Assembly (NCBI GenBank): GCA_964501915.1
Contig: CAZCVP010000003.1
Location: forward strand, 19,259 to 83,258
From: an uncultured Enterobacterales bacterium
GTDB taxonomy: Bacteria; Myxococcota_A; UBA796; CAJQPC01
Direction: 5' to 3'
DNA length: 64,000 nucleotides
Under the pieces are notes generated by a model. It was not told where the DNA came from, ran no database searches, and worked only from the letters and a program-made list of their open reading frames with translations. The position numbers and the translations under genes are program-made. Below are positions 1-8,154 of the stretch, piece after piece (the stretch's first letter is position 1; each line of letters begins with the position of its first letter).

Positions 1-46
1 CCCTGCTCCACCGACGTCACGATCGGCGGGTGAGCCGGAAGCCCCG

Positions 47-1096
47 TTGAGGCCCGAGCACCTCTCCCGGTTCCAGCCGGTCTGCCCCACATGCCGCCAG
101 GCCGGCCGGTCGCTGGACGTGCTGGAGCTGGGTCCGGTCGTGCGCGAGGTGGACGGCGACGTGATCGAGGGCGTGCTGCTCTGCCCCGAGCCCACGTGTC
201 GCAGGGAGCACCCCATCGTCGACGGCGTGCCGATCGTGGTGTCCGACATCCAGGCCTTCCTCACCAGCCAGCTCGACGCCATCCTGGCCCGGGAGGACCT
301 CTCCCACCGGACCCGGTCGATGCTCGGCGACGGCCTGGCAGGCGACGCCTGGTTCCACGCGGATCGCAACATCGTCAGCTCCTACGCCCGCAGCCACTAC
401 GCCTCCCCCCGAAGAGGGGTCATGGAGCTGCTCACCGCCGGCCTGGAGCTGCTCGGGAACCCTCCGAGCGGGCTCTGGCTCGACGCCGGGTGCTCGGTGG
501 GCCGCACCGCCTTCGAGCTCGCGGCCCGCACCGCTGAGCCCGTGCTGGCCGTCGATCTCAGCTTCTCGATGCTGCGGGTGGCCCGCCGGCTCCAGGTCCA
601 CGGCGAGACGAGGGTGCCCCTGCGTCGTGGGGGACTGGTCTGCGACGAGGTCCGGCTCACGGTGGAGACCCCCCACCGGGACCAGGTGAGCTTCTGGGCC
701 TGCGATGCCACCGCGCTGCCGTTTCCCAACGCTCGCTTCGACGGCGCCGTCAGCCTCAACGTCGTGGACTGCGTCCTGTCCCCGGTGACCCACCTCGCCG
801 AGCTGGGGCGGGTGCTCGTCCCCGGAGGAGCGGCGATCCTCACCACCCCCTACGACTGGACCGGCGGCGTGTCCCCGGTGGCCGGGTGGATCGGCGGCCA
901 CTCCCAGCGCTCCGAGAGCGGCGGGGACAGCGTGGTGGAGCTGCGTCGCCTGCTGTCGGAGGCCTCCCCGCCCGAGCTGGGCATCCGGCTCCGGCTGGAG
1001 TCGGACCGGGAGCGCATCCCCTGGCGCGTCCAGGTCCACGACCGCTCAGCGATGGACTACGAGGTCCACCTGGTGCTGGCCCGCTCCAGGGGGTGA
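47..1096 (+). CDS. Trm112-like zinc-ribbon / class I SAM-dependent methyltransferase fusion
   Basis: 349-aa ORF. The N-terminus has CPTC...CPEPTCRREHPIVDGVPIVV (Trm112/UPF0434-like Zn ribbon). This is followed by methyltransferase motif I (LWLDAGCSVGRTAFELA) and downstream FDGAVSLNVV / LVPGG elements. Confidence 0.8.
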   Translation: MRPEHLSRFQPVCPTCRQAGRSLDVLELGPVVREVDGDVIEGVLLCPEPTCRREHPIVDGVPIVVSDIQAFLTSQLDAILAREDLSHRTRSMLGDGLAGDAWFHADRNIVSSYARSHYASPRRGVMELLTAGLELLGNPPSGLWLDAGCSVGRTAFELAARTAEPVLAVDLSFSMLRVARRLQVHGETRVPLRRGGLVCDEVRLTVETPHRDQVSFWACDATALPFPNARFDGAVSLNVVDCVLSPVTHLAELGRVLVPGGAAILTTPYDWTGGVSPVAGWIGGHSQRSESGGDSVVELRRLLSEASPPELGIRLRLESDRERIPWRVQVHDRSAMDYEVHLVLARSRG

Positions 1097-2434
1097 TCAG
1101 GCCCGCCGGGCCAGCTCCCCGATGTGGTCCGTGGCCGCCGCCACCCGCTCGGCGGAGGCCGTGGGGTCCAGGCGGGCCCGGTAGCGGCGCTCTCGCAGCG
1201 TCGTGAGCTGATCATAGGCCTCGCGAATGTCGTCGGGGGACAGCCCGGGCAGCCGCAGGATCGACTGGCGGTGGTTGGCCTCGAGGTCCAGGTAGTCCTC
1301 GGGCAGGTAGCCCTCGGTGCGACAGACCTGGAAGAGGTGCGTGCCCGGGTAGGGGTAGAAGACGAAGTACCCGAAGTCGAGCACCTCGAGCTCGCTCGCC
1401 AGCGCCACCGTCTCCTGGAGCTCCTCGCGGGTCTCCCCCGGCAGGCCGAGCATGTAGTTGGCGGTGACCATGATGCCGGCCTCCCGGGTCCAGCGGAAGA
1501 CGTCCCGGAAGCGCTGGTTGCTCACCGGGCGCCGCATCACCTGGCGCCGGACCCGCTCGCTGCCGGCCTCCACGCCGTAGGTGATCTGCCTGCAGCCGGC
1601 CGCGGCGAGCATGCTCAGCAGCTCCTCGTTCACCGTCTCGACCCGAGCGTGCAGCGCGAACGGCGTGCCCAGCCGCTCCCCGTAGACCCGACAGAACTCC
1701 CTCACCCAGCCGTGGTGGATGGTGAAGGTGTCGTCGAGGAAGATGACGTAGGCGAGCTTGTCGGCGTCGCGGAGGACGAACAGCTCCTCCAGCACGCTGT
1801 CGTGGGAGCGGCGTCGACCGTAGCCTCCCCCCTCGGCCTGGTAGAGCTCGTCGTACATGCGAGCTCCGCAGTAGGTGCAGGGAAAGGGGCAGCCGCGCTG
1901 GGTGGCTACGTGGATCACGCCCGGACGCTCGTCGAGCAGGTCGCGGGCGACGAAGGGCAGGTCGTCCAGGGGCGCGAAGGGCGGCCGGAGCCTCGGTCTC
2001 GGGCCGCCGGGAAGCTGCAGGTTGGGCAGGCCCGCCGGGGATCGACCCGCCTCCAGGGCCTCCACGAGGTCCAGCAGCGGCCCCTCGCCTTCGCCGAGGC
2101 AGACGAAGTCGACACCGGGGTTGGCGAGCACCGCGTCGGGGGAGAAGGTCGGGTGGAGCCCGCCAGCCACCACCGGGACCGACACCCGCTGCCGCAGACT
2201 CCGCAACAGCCGGCGGGCCCGCTGCCACTGGCGGGTCGTGAGGGAGACGCCGATGAGGTCCGGGCCCAGGGCGGCGACCTGCGCGGCGACCTCGTCGGGG
2301 CCGGTGTCGAGGCCCACGCGGCGGAAGTGGACCTCGTGGCCGTGCGCCCTCAGGAACGCGGCCAACAGGCCCGGCCCGAAGGAGGCCAGCGCCCAGGAGC
2401 GCTCGGTGTCGATCTCCAGGAAGAGCACACGCAT
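1097..2434 (-). CDS. B12-binding-domain radical SAM protein (class B rSAM), paralog 1
   Basis: 445-aa ORF. It has an N-terminal Rossmann-like B12-binding region (RVLFLEIDTE..., PVVAGGLHPTF, VCLGEGE). The radical SAM cluster motif is CPFPCTYC (CxxxCxxC). The alternate-frame ORFs are Arg/Pro/Gly-rich junk. Confidence 0.85.
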   Translation of the reverse strand: MRVLFLEIDTERSWALASFGPGLLAAFLRAHGHEVHFRRVGLDTGPDEVAAQVAALGPDLIGVSLTTRQWQRARRLLRSLRQRVSVPVVAGGLHPTFSPDAVLANPGVDFVCLGEGEGPLLDLVEALEAGRSPAGLPNLQLPGGPRPRLRPPFAPLDDLPFVARDLLDERPGVIHVATQRGCPFPCTYCGARMYDELYQAEGGGYGRRRSHDSVLEELFVLRDADKLAYVIFLDDTFTIHHGWVREFCRVYGERLGTPFALHARVETVNEELLSMLAAAGCRQITYGVEAGSERVRRQVMRRPVSNQRFRDVFRWTREAGIMVTANYMLGLPGETREELQETVALASELEVLDFGYFVFYPYPGTHLFQVCRTEGYLPEDYLDLEANHRQSILRLPGLSPDDIREAYDQLTTLRERRYRARLDPTASAERVAAATDHIGELARRA

Positions 2435-2452
2435 CGGCTCAGCCTATGTCGA

Positions 2453-4483
2453 TCAGAGGTCCAGCGTCTCCGGGACCCAGTCGCCGCTGCCCTGGTCGAC
2501 CACCACGTGGATCCGCGGTCCCTCGAGCTGCAGGCTGCGCAGTCGGGGTGACGCGGTGCCCTGGCAGTCGGCCGAGGCTTCGCCGCCGAGCGAGCAGACG
2601 ACGGCCTCGCCCCGCTCGGCGTCCCAGGCCCCGAACACGACCTCGTGGCCGCGGGCCACGGGGGCGAGGTGGGGCAGGAGGGGCGGGATCTCGGCCGGCA
2701 CCTCGGTCTGTTGCCAGGTCCGGCCTCCGTCCGCCGAGCGGGCCCGCACGAGCCACGTGGTGTCCTGACCCTGGCCGACGGCCGCGACGTGCACGATGCC
2801 GTCGGTGTCCACCGAGAGGCTGGGGTGCTCGATGCGCCAGCTCCAGTCGTCGCCGGGAGCCTCCAGCTCCAGGCGGGACAGCGGCGACCAGGTCCCCGTC
2901 TCCAGCGAGAGTCGGGCCACGTAGAGCCGCCGCGCATGGCGGGACTCCCGCCCGGGCTCCCCGGCCGCCACCACCGCCACGATCTCGCTGCCGGCGCGGA
3001 CCGCCGTCACGTCGGTGGCGAAGCTCACGAGCACGTGCAGGTCCATCCGCTCCCAGGCGCCGTCGTGCCACCAGGCGGCTCGCAGGGCCTCGTCGCCCTC
3101 CTTGCCGCCGACGACGGTGCCCTCGGGGTTGTGGGACCACAGGGCCACGAGGCCTTCGTCGCCGTCCGAGAGCAGCGCCGGCCTCCAGTGCGGTGCGACC
3201 TCCGTCCAGGGCAGGGCCAGGTCCTCGACCGGACCGTCGCCGACCCGGGCGTGGCAGGCCGCCACCCAGGGGGCGGTGCTGGCGTCGGCATCCAGGGCCA
3301 TCGAGCGGTGGCAGAGCCAGTCCCGATCCCCGTCCTGCAGGCCCGCCAGGCCGCCGGCGAGCACCGCCTCCGGGGGACTGAGCCGCTCACCGTCCAGGCG
3401 GACCTCGCTCCGATGATCCCGGTCGTCCAGGAACACCACCTCGGCCACCGAGTCCTCCAGCACCACCCGCTCCGCCACGCCGGTGCGATCCACGGGCAGG
3501 TCCTGGCTGAAGAAGTCCCGGGCGACGCGTCCCTCGGCCCAGGGCAGGTCGATGTCCAGCAGGGCTGCGGCCGTCGGGGCCAGGTCCTCGAGCAGCAGGG
3601 GCGTGTCCAGAGCACGGTCCGCCTCGACCCCGGGGCCCATCACGAACCAGGGGATGCCGCGGCAGCCCAGGCAGGCGTCGCCGTGGCTCTGCCAGGGCGG
3701 ATCCGTCCCCGCCTCGTGGTGACGCCCGTGGTCGGAGACGACGAAGACCCAGGCGTCCTCCTGGGTGGCCCTGCGCTCGTAGAGCCAGGCGACGAAGTCC
3801 GGCAGGCGCTGGTCGAGGATCTCCAGGTGATCGGCGTAGGTGTGCTCGCCGACCCCGTGGGTGGCGCGATCGACCTGGTGGAGGTTGGCCACGAGCAGGG
3901 CCGGCTGGCGGCGGCTCACCAGGGTCTCCAGCACGTCGAAGACCACGTTGTCCTTGGTTCCCCCGCGCTCGACGTCCACGTCGGGGGCCTGGTCACCGAC
4001 GAGCCGGAAGTTGGCGCCCAGCTCGTAGCCCATGCCCGGAGTGTTGCTGCTGGCCATCGGCTGGACCAGCGACGCGTTGGCGGCAAAGGACACGCGCTGC
4101 TTGGAGATGCCCTTCTGGATCCTCAGCTCCTCGAAGATCGTCGGCAGCTCCGGGCGGTAGGCGCCGGGCTCGTCCAGGACCTCGTAGTTGCCGAAGGCCT
4201 GGCGCACGCCGCTGAGCATCGTGGCGTGGCCGGGCCCGGTCAGGGTGAGGCCGGCGGAGTGCACGTGGGTGGCCCGGGAGCCCTGGGGAACGAGCTGCTC
4301 CCAGGTCCGTGGCATCAGCTCCGACGGGGGGCCGTCGACCACCTGGGACCAGGTGTCCCCGAAGGACTCCTCGTCGCGGACCCCGTCGAGGACCAGCACG
4401 ACGACCCGCGGGCCGTCATAGGGACTGTGCTCCACGGCAGGCCGACAGCCGCCGAGCGCGATGGCAAGGAAGAGGCTCGTCAT
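2453..4483 (-). CDS. lipoprotein: alkaline-phosphatase-superfamily (phosphodiesterase/pyrophosphatase-like) domain plus BNR/sialidase-like C-terminal domain
   Basis: I placed the start at the internal ATG (4483), giving MTSLFLAIALGGC (lipobox). The longer 847-aa ORF N-terminus is Arg/Pro junk. AlkP-type motifs: VVLVLDGVRDE, HQVDRATHG, FVVSDHGRHH. The C-terminal half has a BNR motif (SADGGRTW). Confidence 0.7.
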   Translation of the reverse strand: MTSLFLAIALGGCRPAVEHSPYDGPRVVVLVLDGVRDEESFGDTWSQVVDGPPSELMPRTWEQLVPQGSRATHVHSAGLTLTGPGHATMLSGVRQAFGNYEVLDEPGAYRPELPTIFEELRIQKGISKQRVSFAANASLVQPMASSNTPGMGYELGANFRLVGDQAPDVDVERGGTKDNVVFDVLETLVSRRQPALLVANLHQVDRATHGVGEHTYADHLEILDQRLPDFVAWLYERRATQEDAWVFVVSDHGRHHEAGTDPPWQSHGDACLGCRGIPWFVMGPGVEADRALDTPLLLEDLAPTAAALLDIDLPWAEGRVARDFFSQDLPVDRTGVAERVVLEDSVAEVVFLDDRDHRSEVRLDGERLSPPEAVLAGGLAGLQDGDRDWLCHRSMALDADASTAPWVAACHARVGDGPVEDLALPWTEVAPHWRPALLSDGDEGLVALWSHNPEGTVVGGKEGDEALRAAWWHDGAWERMDLHVLVSFATDVTAVRAGSEIVAVVAAGEPGRESRHARRLYVARLSLETGTWSPLSRLELEAPGDDWSWRIEHPSLSVDTDGIVHVAAVGQGQDTTWLVRARSADGGRTWQQTEVPAEIPPLLPHLAPVARGHEVVFGAWDAERGEAVVCSLGGEASADCQGTASPRLRSLQLEGPRIHVVVDQGSGDWVPETLDL

Positions 4484-4560
4484 CCCGACCCCGGGGAAGT
4501 GGGGCGAACGATAGCCGAGGGCCCGGCGGGGCCGTGGTAACAACAGCGGGGAGGATCGCG

Positions 4561-5898
4561 GTGCGGGTCCTGTTCCTCGAGATCGACACCGAGGCCGACT
4601 GGGCGGTCGCCTCGATGGGTCCCGGCTGTGTGGGAGCCTTCCTGCGGCGAGGGGGCCACGAGGCCGGCCTGCTCCGGGCTCCCTACGGCACCAGCGCCGA
4701 GGCGCTGAGGTCCCGGGTCGTCGCGCACGAGCCCGACGTGCTGGCCCTGTCCTTGGTGTCCAAGCAGTGGCCCGAGGCCCGGCGCCTGGTGGCCGAGCTG
4801 CGACCGCTCCTCGAGCTGCCGGTGGTCGCCGGAGGACTCCACCCCACGTTCTCGCCGGAGCAGGTCCTGGCCAGCCCTGGCTTCGACTATGTCTGCCTCG
4901 GCGAGGGCGAAGAGCCGATGCTGGACCTGGTGGAGGCGCTGGCCGGCGGCGCACCCACCGCCGGCATCGCCAACATCTGGAAGGCCGGGGCCCCACGACC
5001 CGCGCTCCGGCCCCCGTTCGAGCCGATCGACGACTTCCCCTGGATGGCCCGGGACCTGCTCGACGAGAGGCCCGGCGTGATCCACATGTTCACGCAGCGC
5101 GGCTGCCCCTTCGACTGCACCTACTGCGCGGCTCGCACCTGGGCCGACCTCTACGAGGACAGCGGCGCCTCCTACGGCCGTCGCCGGTCGACCGGGGACG
5201 TGCTCGCCGAGCTGCGGTCGATCCGCGACAGCGGTCCTGTGGTCTGGGTGAGCTTCCTCGACGACACCTTCACGATCCACCAGGGCTGGCTGCGGGACTT
5301 CTGCGCCCGCTACCGGACCGAGATCGGGGTGGACTTCTCCGTGCTGGCTCGCGTGGAGACCGTGGACCAGCGCGGCATCGAGCGCCTCGCCGAAGCGGGC
5401 TGCAAGATGATCACCTACGGCATCGAGAGCGGCAGCTACCGCGTCCGCAAGCGCATCATGCACCGCCCGGCCACCAACGCCCGCATCGCCGACGTGATCC
5501 GTTGGACCCAGGAGGCGGGCATCCTGTCGATCTGCGGCTACATGCTCGGCCTGCCGGGCGAGACGCGGGACGACCTGGAGGCCACCCTCGACTTCGCGCG
5601 AGAGCTCAACGCCTACGACCTCGCCTGCTACGTCTTCTACCCCTTCCGGGGGACCGAGCTGCACCGGGTCTGCGAGCAGGAGGGCCTGCTGCCCCCGGAC
5701 TTCGACGACCTCCCCGCCAACCACCGGAGGTCGATCCTGAACCTGCCGGACCTCACACCCGAGGACATCGAAGACACCTACCAGCGCTTCGCAGCCCTGC
5801 GGCTCGAGACCTGGACGGCCCGCCTGGGCGAAGCGCCCGACAGCGCACACACAGGCGCGATCGCCGCCCATGTGGAGAAGATCGCGACCACGTTCTGA
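4561..5898 (+). CDS. B12-binding-domain radical SAM protein (class B rSAM), paralog 2
   Basis: GTG start at 4561, preceded by GGAGGA. The 445-aa product is collinear with the 1097-2434 product: VRVLFLEIDTE, PVVAGGLHPTFSP, LLDERPGVIH, TQRGCPFDCTYC, FLDDTFTIH, YMLGLPGETR. Confidence 0.85.
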   Translation: MRVLFLEIDTEADWAVASMGPGCVGAFLRRGGHEAGLLRAPYGTSAEALRSRVVAHEPDVLALSLVSKQWPEARRLVAELRPLLELPVVAGGLHPTFSPEQVLASPGFDYVCLGEGEEPMLDLVEALAGGAPTAGIANIWKAGAPRPALRPPFEPIDDFPWMARDLLDERPGVIHMFTQRGCPFDCTYCAARTWADLYEDSGASYGRRRSTGDVLAELRSIRDSGPVVWVSFLDDTFTIHQGWLRDFCARYRTEIGVDFSVLARVETVDQRGIERLAEAGCKMITYGIESGSYRVRKRIMHRPATNARIADVIRWTQEAGILSICGYMLGLPGETRDDLEATLDFARELNAYDLACYVFYPFRGTELHRVCEQEGLLPPDFDDLPANHRRSILNLPDLTPEDIEDTYQRFAALRLETWTARLGEAPDSAHTGAIAAHVEKIATTF

Positions 5899-5908
5899 CC
5901 GCTCCGGT

Positions 5909-7249
5909 TCAGAGGCCCTGCGGCGCCTCGTGGTCCACGAAGACCGCCGCCCGCTCGACCTCCTGCCTCATCCGCTCCACGAGGCAGCCCTTGCCGGGCA
6001 GGCCCTCGCTCATGCGGTCGGTCGCCTCGTGGGGATCCGTGGAGGCGTCGAAGAGCCTCCAGCGACCCGACCAGTCATAGAGCAGGCGCAGCTTGTCGCG
6101 CTCCAGCGACAGCCCGGGCGATCCCTCTGGGGAGTGGTGGAAGGAGAGCCGGTAGCGATCGGCGGGGGCGGTGCCGACGGGGACGCCGGTGAACCCGTCG
6201 CGGGGGGGCAGGTCCGCCGCCGCGAACAGCGTCGGCAAGAGGTCGATCGTGGAGACCGGACCCTCCCAGCGAAGCGGCTCCGACCCCGGCACCCGGATGG
6301 CGGCGATGCCCGCCAGCTCCTCGACGTGCAGGCTCTTGGCGTGGCGGAAGCGGTGGTGCTCCCAGAACTGCTCGCCGTGGTCGCTGAACAACGCCACGAC
6401 CGTGTGCTCGAGCGCCCCCCTCGCCTCCAGGTCGTCGAAGAGGCGGCCCAGGTGGTCGTCCAGGTCGCGGATCTCCCCGGCGTAGCGCACCTCGATGTGC
6501 TGGAGCACCAGCGCCTGGGTGTCGGCGTCGAGCAGGGGGTAGATGTCCTGGATGACGGAGACGTCGCCGGCGTCTCCGAGATCCCAGTCCAGCGGCTCCA
6601 GGTCCTCGAGGGCCTCCAGGTAGGCCTCCGGGGGGTCGTAGGGGTCGTGGGGCTCCACGTAGTGCAGGTGCAGCATCCAGGGCGCGTCGGGGGCCTGGGC
6701 CTCCAGGGTGTCGAGGGTCTCCAGGGCCGCCGTGTGGATGGCACCGGCGTCGAGCCCGAGGGCGCTGGCGTCCAGGTCGTGGCCGGCGCCGGTGGCGTAG
6801 CGGCGGCTCATGTAGGGGCTGGCCGAGACCAGGCCGGTGACGTAGCCCCCCTCGGACCACCAGACCGGCGCGAGCACGGTGTCGTCCGGCAGGCCCTTGT
6901 CCGGGGTGTTCGGTCGGATGTCGAGCCCCAGGTCGATGGCGGTCTGGCCGCCCTGGGCACAGGCCATCGCACCCAGGGTCCAATTCGAGCAGGACCGGAA
7001 GTCGTCGAAGCGGATCGCGCTCTCCAGGAAGCCGTCGAGGAAGGGGCTGACGTCGGTGCCGGCGTAGAGACCCACCCGGTCGCGCCGCAGGGTGTCGATG
7101 GAGATCACCAGCACGTCGTAGGGCTCGCCCTCCGAAGGCGACACGAGCGCCTCGCCCCCCTGGCCGACCACCTCGCAGGGGGTCGGGTGGGCGGTGTCCG
7201 AAGCGCCGCCCTGGCAGCCGAGGAGCGCGGTGAGCAGGAGCGGGATCAC
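5909..7249 (-). CDS. sulfatase-family (alkaline phosphatase superfamily) lipoprotein
   Basis: 446-aa ORF starting MIPLLLTALLGC (lipobox). Sulfatase-like blocks: VLVISIDTLRRDRVGLY and ALFSDHGEQFWEH. I did not see a canonical C/S-x-P-x-R formylglycine motif. Confidence 0.7.
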   Translation of the reverse strand: MIPLLLTALLGCQGGASDTAHPTPCEVVGQGGEALVSPSEGEPYDVLVISIDTLRRDRVGLYAGTDVSPFLDGFLESAIRFDDFRSCSNWTLGAMACAQGGQTAIDLGLDIRPNTPDKGLPDDTVLAPVWWSEGGYVTGLVSASPYMSRRYATGAGHDLDASALGLDAGAIHTAALETLDTLEAQAPDAPWMLHLHYVEPHDPYDPPEAYLEALEDLEPLDWDLGDAGDVSVIQDIYPLLDADTQALVLQHIEVRYAGEIRDLDDHLGRLFDDLEARGALEHTVVALFSDHGEQFWEHHRFRHAKSLHVEELAGIAAIRVPGSEPLRWEGPVSTIDLLPTLFAAADLPPRDGFTGVPVGTAPADRYRLSFHHSPEGSPGLSLERDKLRLLYDWSGRWRLFDASTDPHEATDRMSEGLPGKGCLVERMRQEVERAAVFVDHEAPQGL

Positions 7250-7270
7250 GAGAGGTCTCGGGTGCGGACG

Positions 7271-8101
7271 TCAGAACCGTCCGGTGATCCCGACCCCGTT
7301 GCCGCTGAAGTGGACGCGGGCGCCGCGCTCGCCGTCGGTGAGCTTGATGCCTGTCATGCTGGCCCCCAGCGCGATGTGGACCAGGCCCACGACCGCCACG
7401 CCGTGCAGGACCAGCTCCACGGTGTCGCCGGATCGACTCGCCGCGGCTTCGGCGGCGGCCGTGATCACGACGCCGGTGCCGAGCAGGCCGAGTCCCGTCA
7501 AGAACCAGGCCTCCTCGGAGCCGAAGAGCAGCACCAGCTCCACGCCGGAGTCCCAGTCGTCGTCGTAGGTGCCATGGCCCTTGTTGGCCTCGGGCTCCGG
7601 CGAGATCCGCACCGGGACCGAGGCCACCTGGCCGGAGAGAGCGCAGTCGTAGCGCCCGAGGGGGCCGTAGTGCACCGCCTGGACGAAGGACGGATCGCCG
7701 AGGAGCGTGTCCATGGCCTCGAGCCAGGTGGCTCGGGAGGCCTCGGCGGGATCCGGACCCACACCGCGGGACTCGGTCTGCCAGACCGGGTCGTTGCCGG
7801 GCACCATGAGGTGCCAGCGGACCCAGGCCGAGCAGTGGACCTGCCCCCGGCGCTCGGTGCAGCCGGAGGCTACGACCGTGGGACGCAGCCGCAGCTCGGC
7901 GGTGGAGTCCGGCTCGACGACGTGGCCGGCCTGCCGCATCCGGGAGGTCATGTCCCCCCGCCAGCCGGCGGGGATCTGGAGGCGGACTCCGTGCCCCTCC
8001 AGCTCGACCTGGGGAGACGCCAGGGCGACCGACGCGGTGTGGCCCGACTCGACCTCGATGGCCGCCGCCAGCGCGGCGCTCAGGGCGAACGTCCAGACCA
8101 C
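7271..8101 (-). CDS. hypothetical secreted/membrane protein
   Basis: 276-aa ORF with a hydrophobic N-terminus (MVWTFALSAALAAA), hydrophobic C-terminal segments and a terminal ...GITGRF. No recognisable domain. Coding is supported mainly by G/C-rich third positions. Confidence 0.45.
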   Translation of the reverse strand: MVWTFALSAALAAAIEVESGHTASVALASPQVELEGHGVRLQIPAGWRGDMTSRMRQAGHVVEPDSTAELRLRPTVVASGCTERRGQVHCSAWVRWHLMVPGNDPVWQTESRGVGPDPAEASRATWLEAMDTLLGDPSFVQAVHYGPLGRYDCALSGQVASVPVRISPEPEANKGHGTYDDDWDSGVELVLLFGSEEAWFLTGLGLLGTGVVITAAAEAAASRSGDTVELVLHGVAVVGLVHIALGASMTGIKLTDGERGARVHFSGNGVGITGRF

Positions 8102-8154
8102 CGACCGGCCCTCCTCCCCGCAGCGTAGCCGATTCCGCTAAGCTTCGGCCGCCG

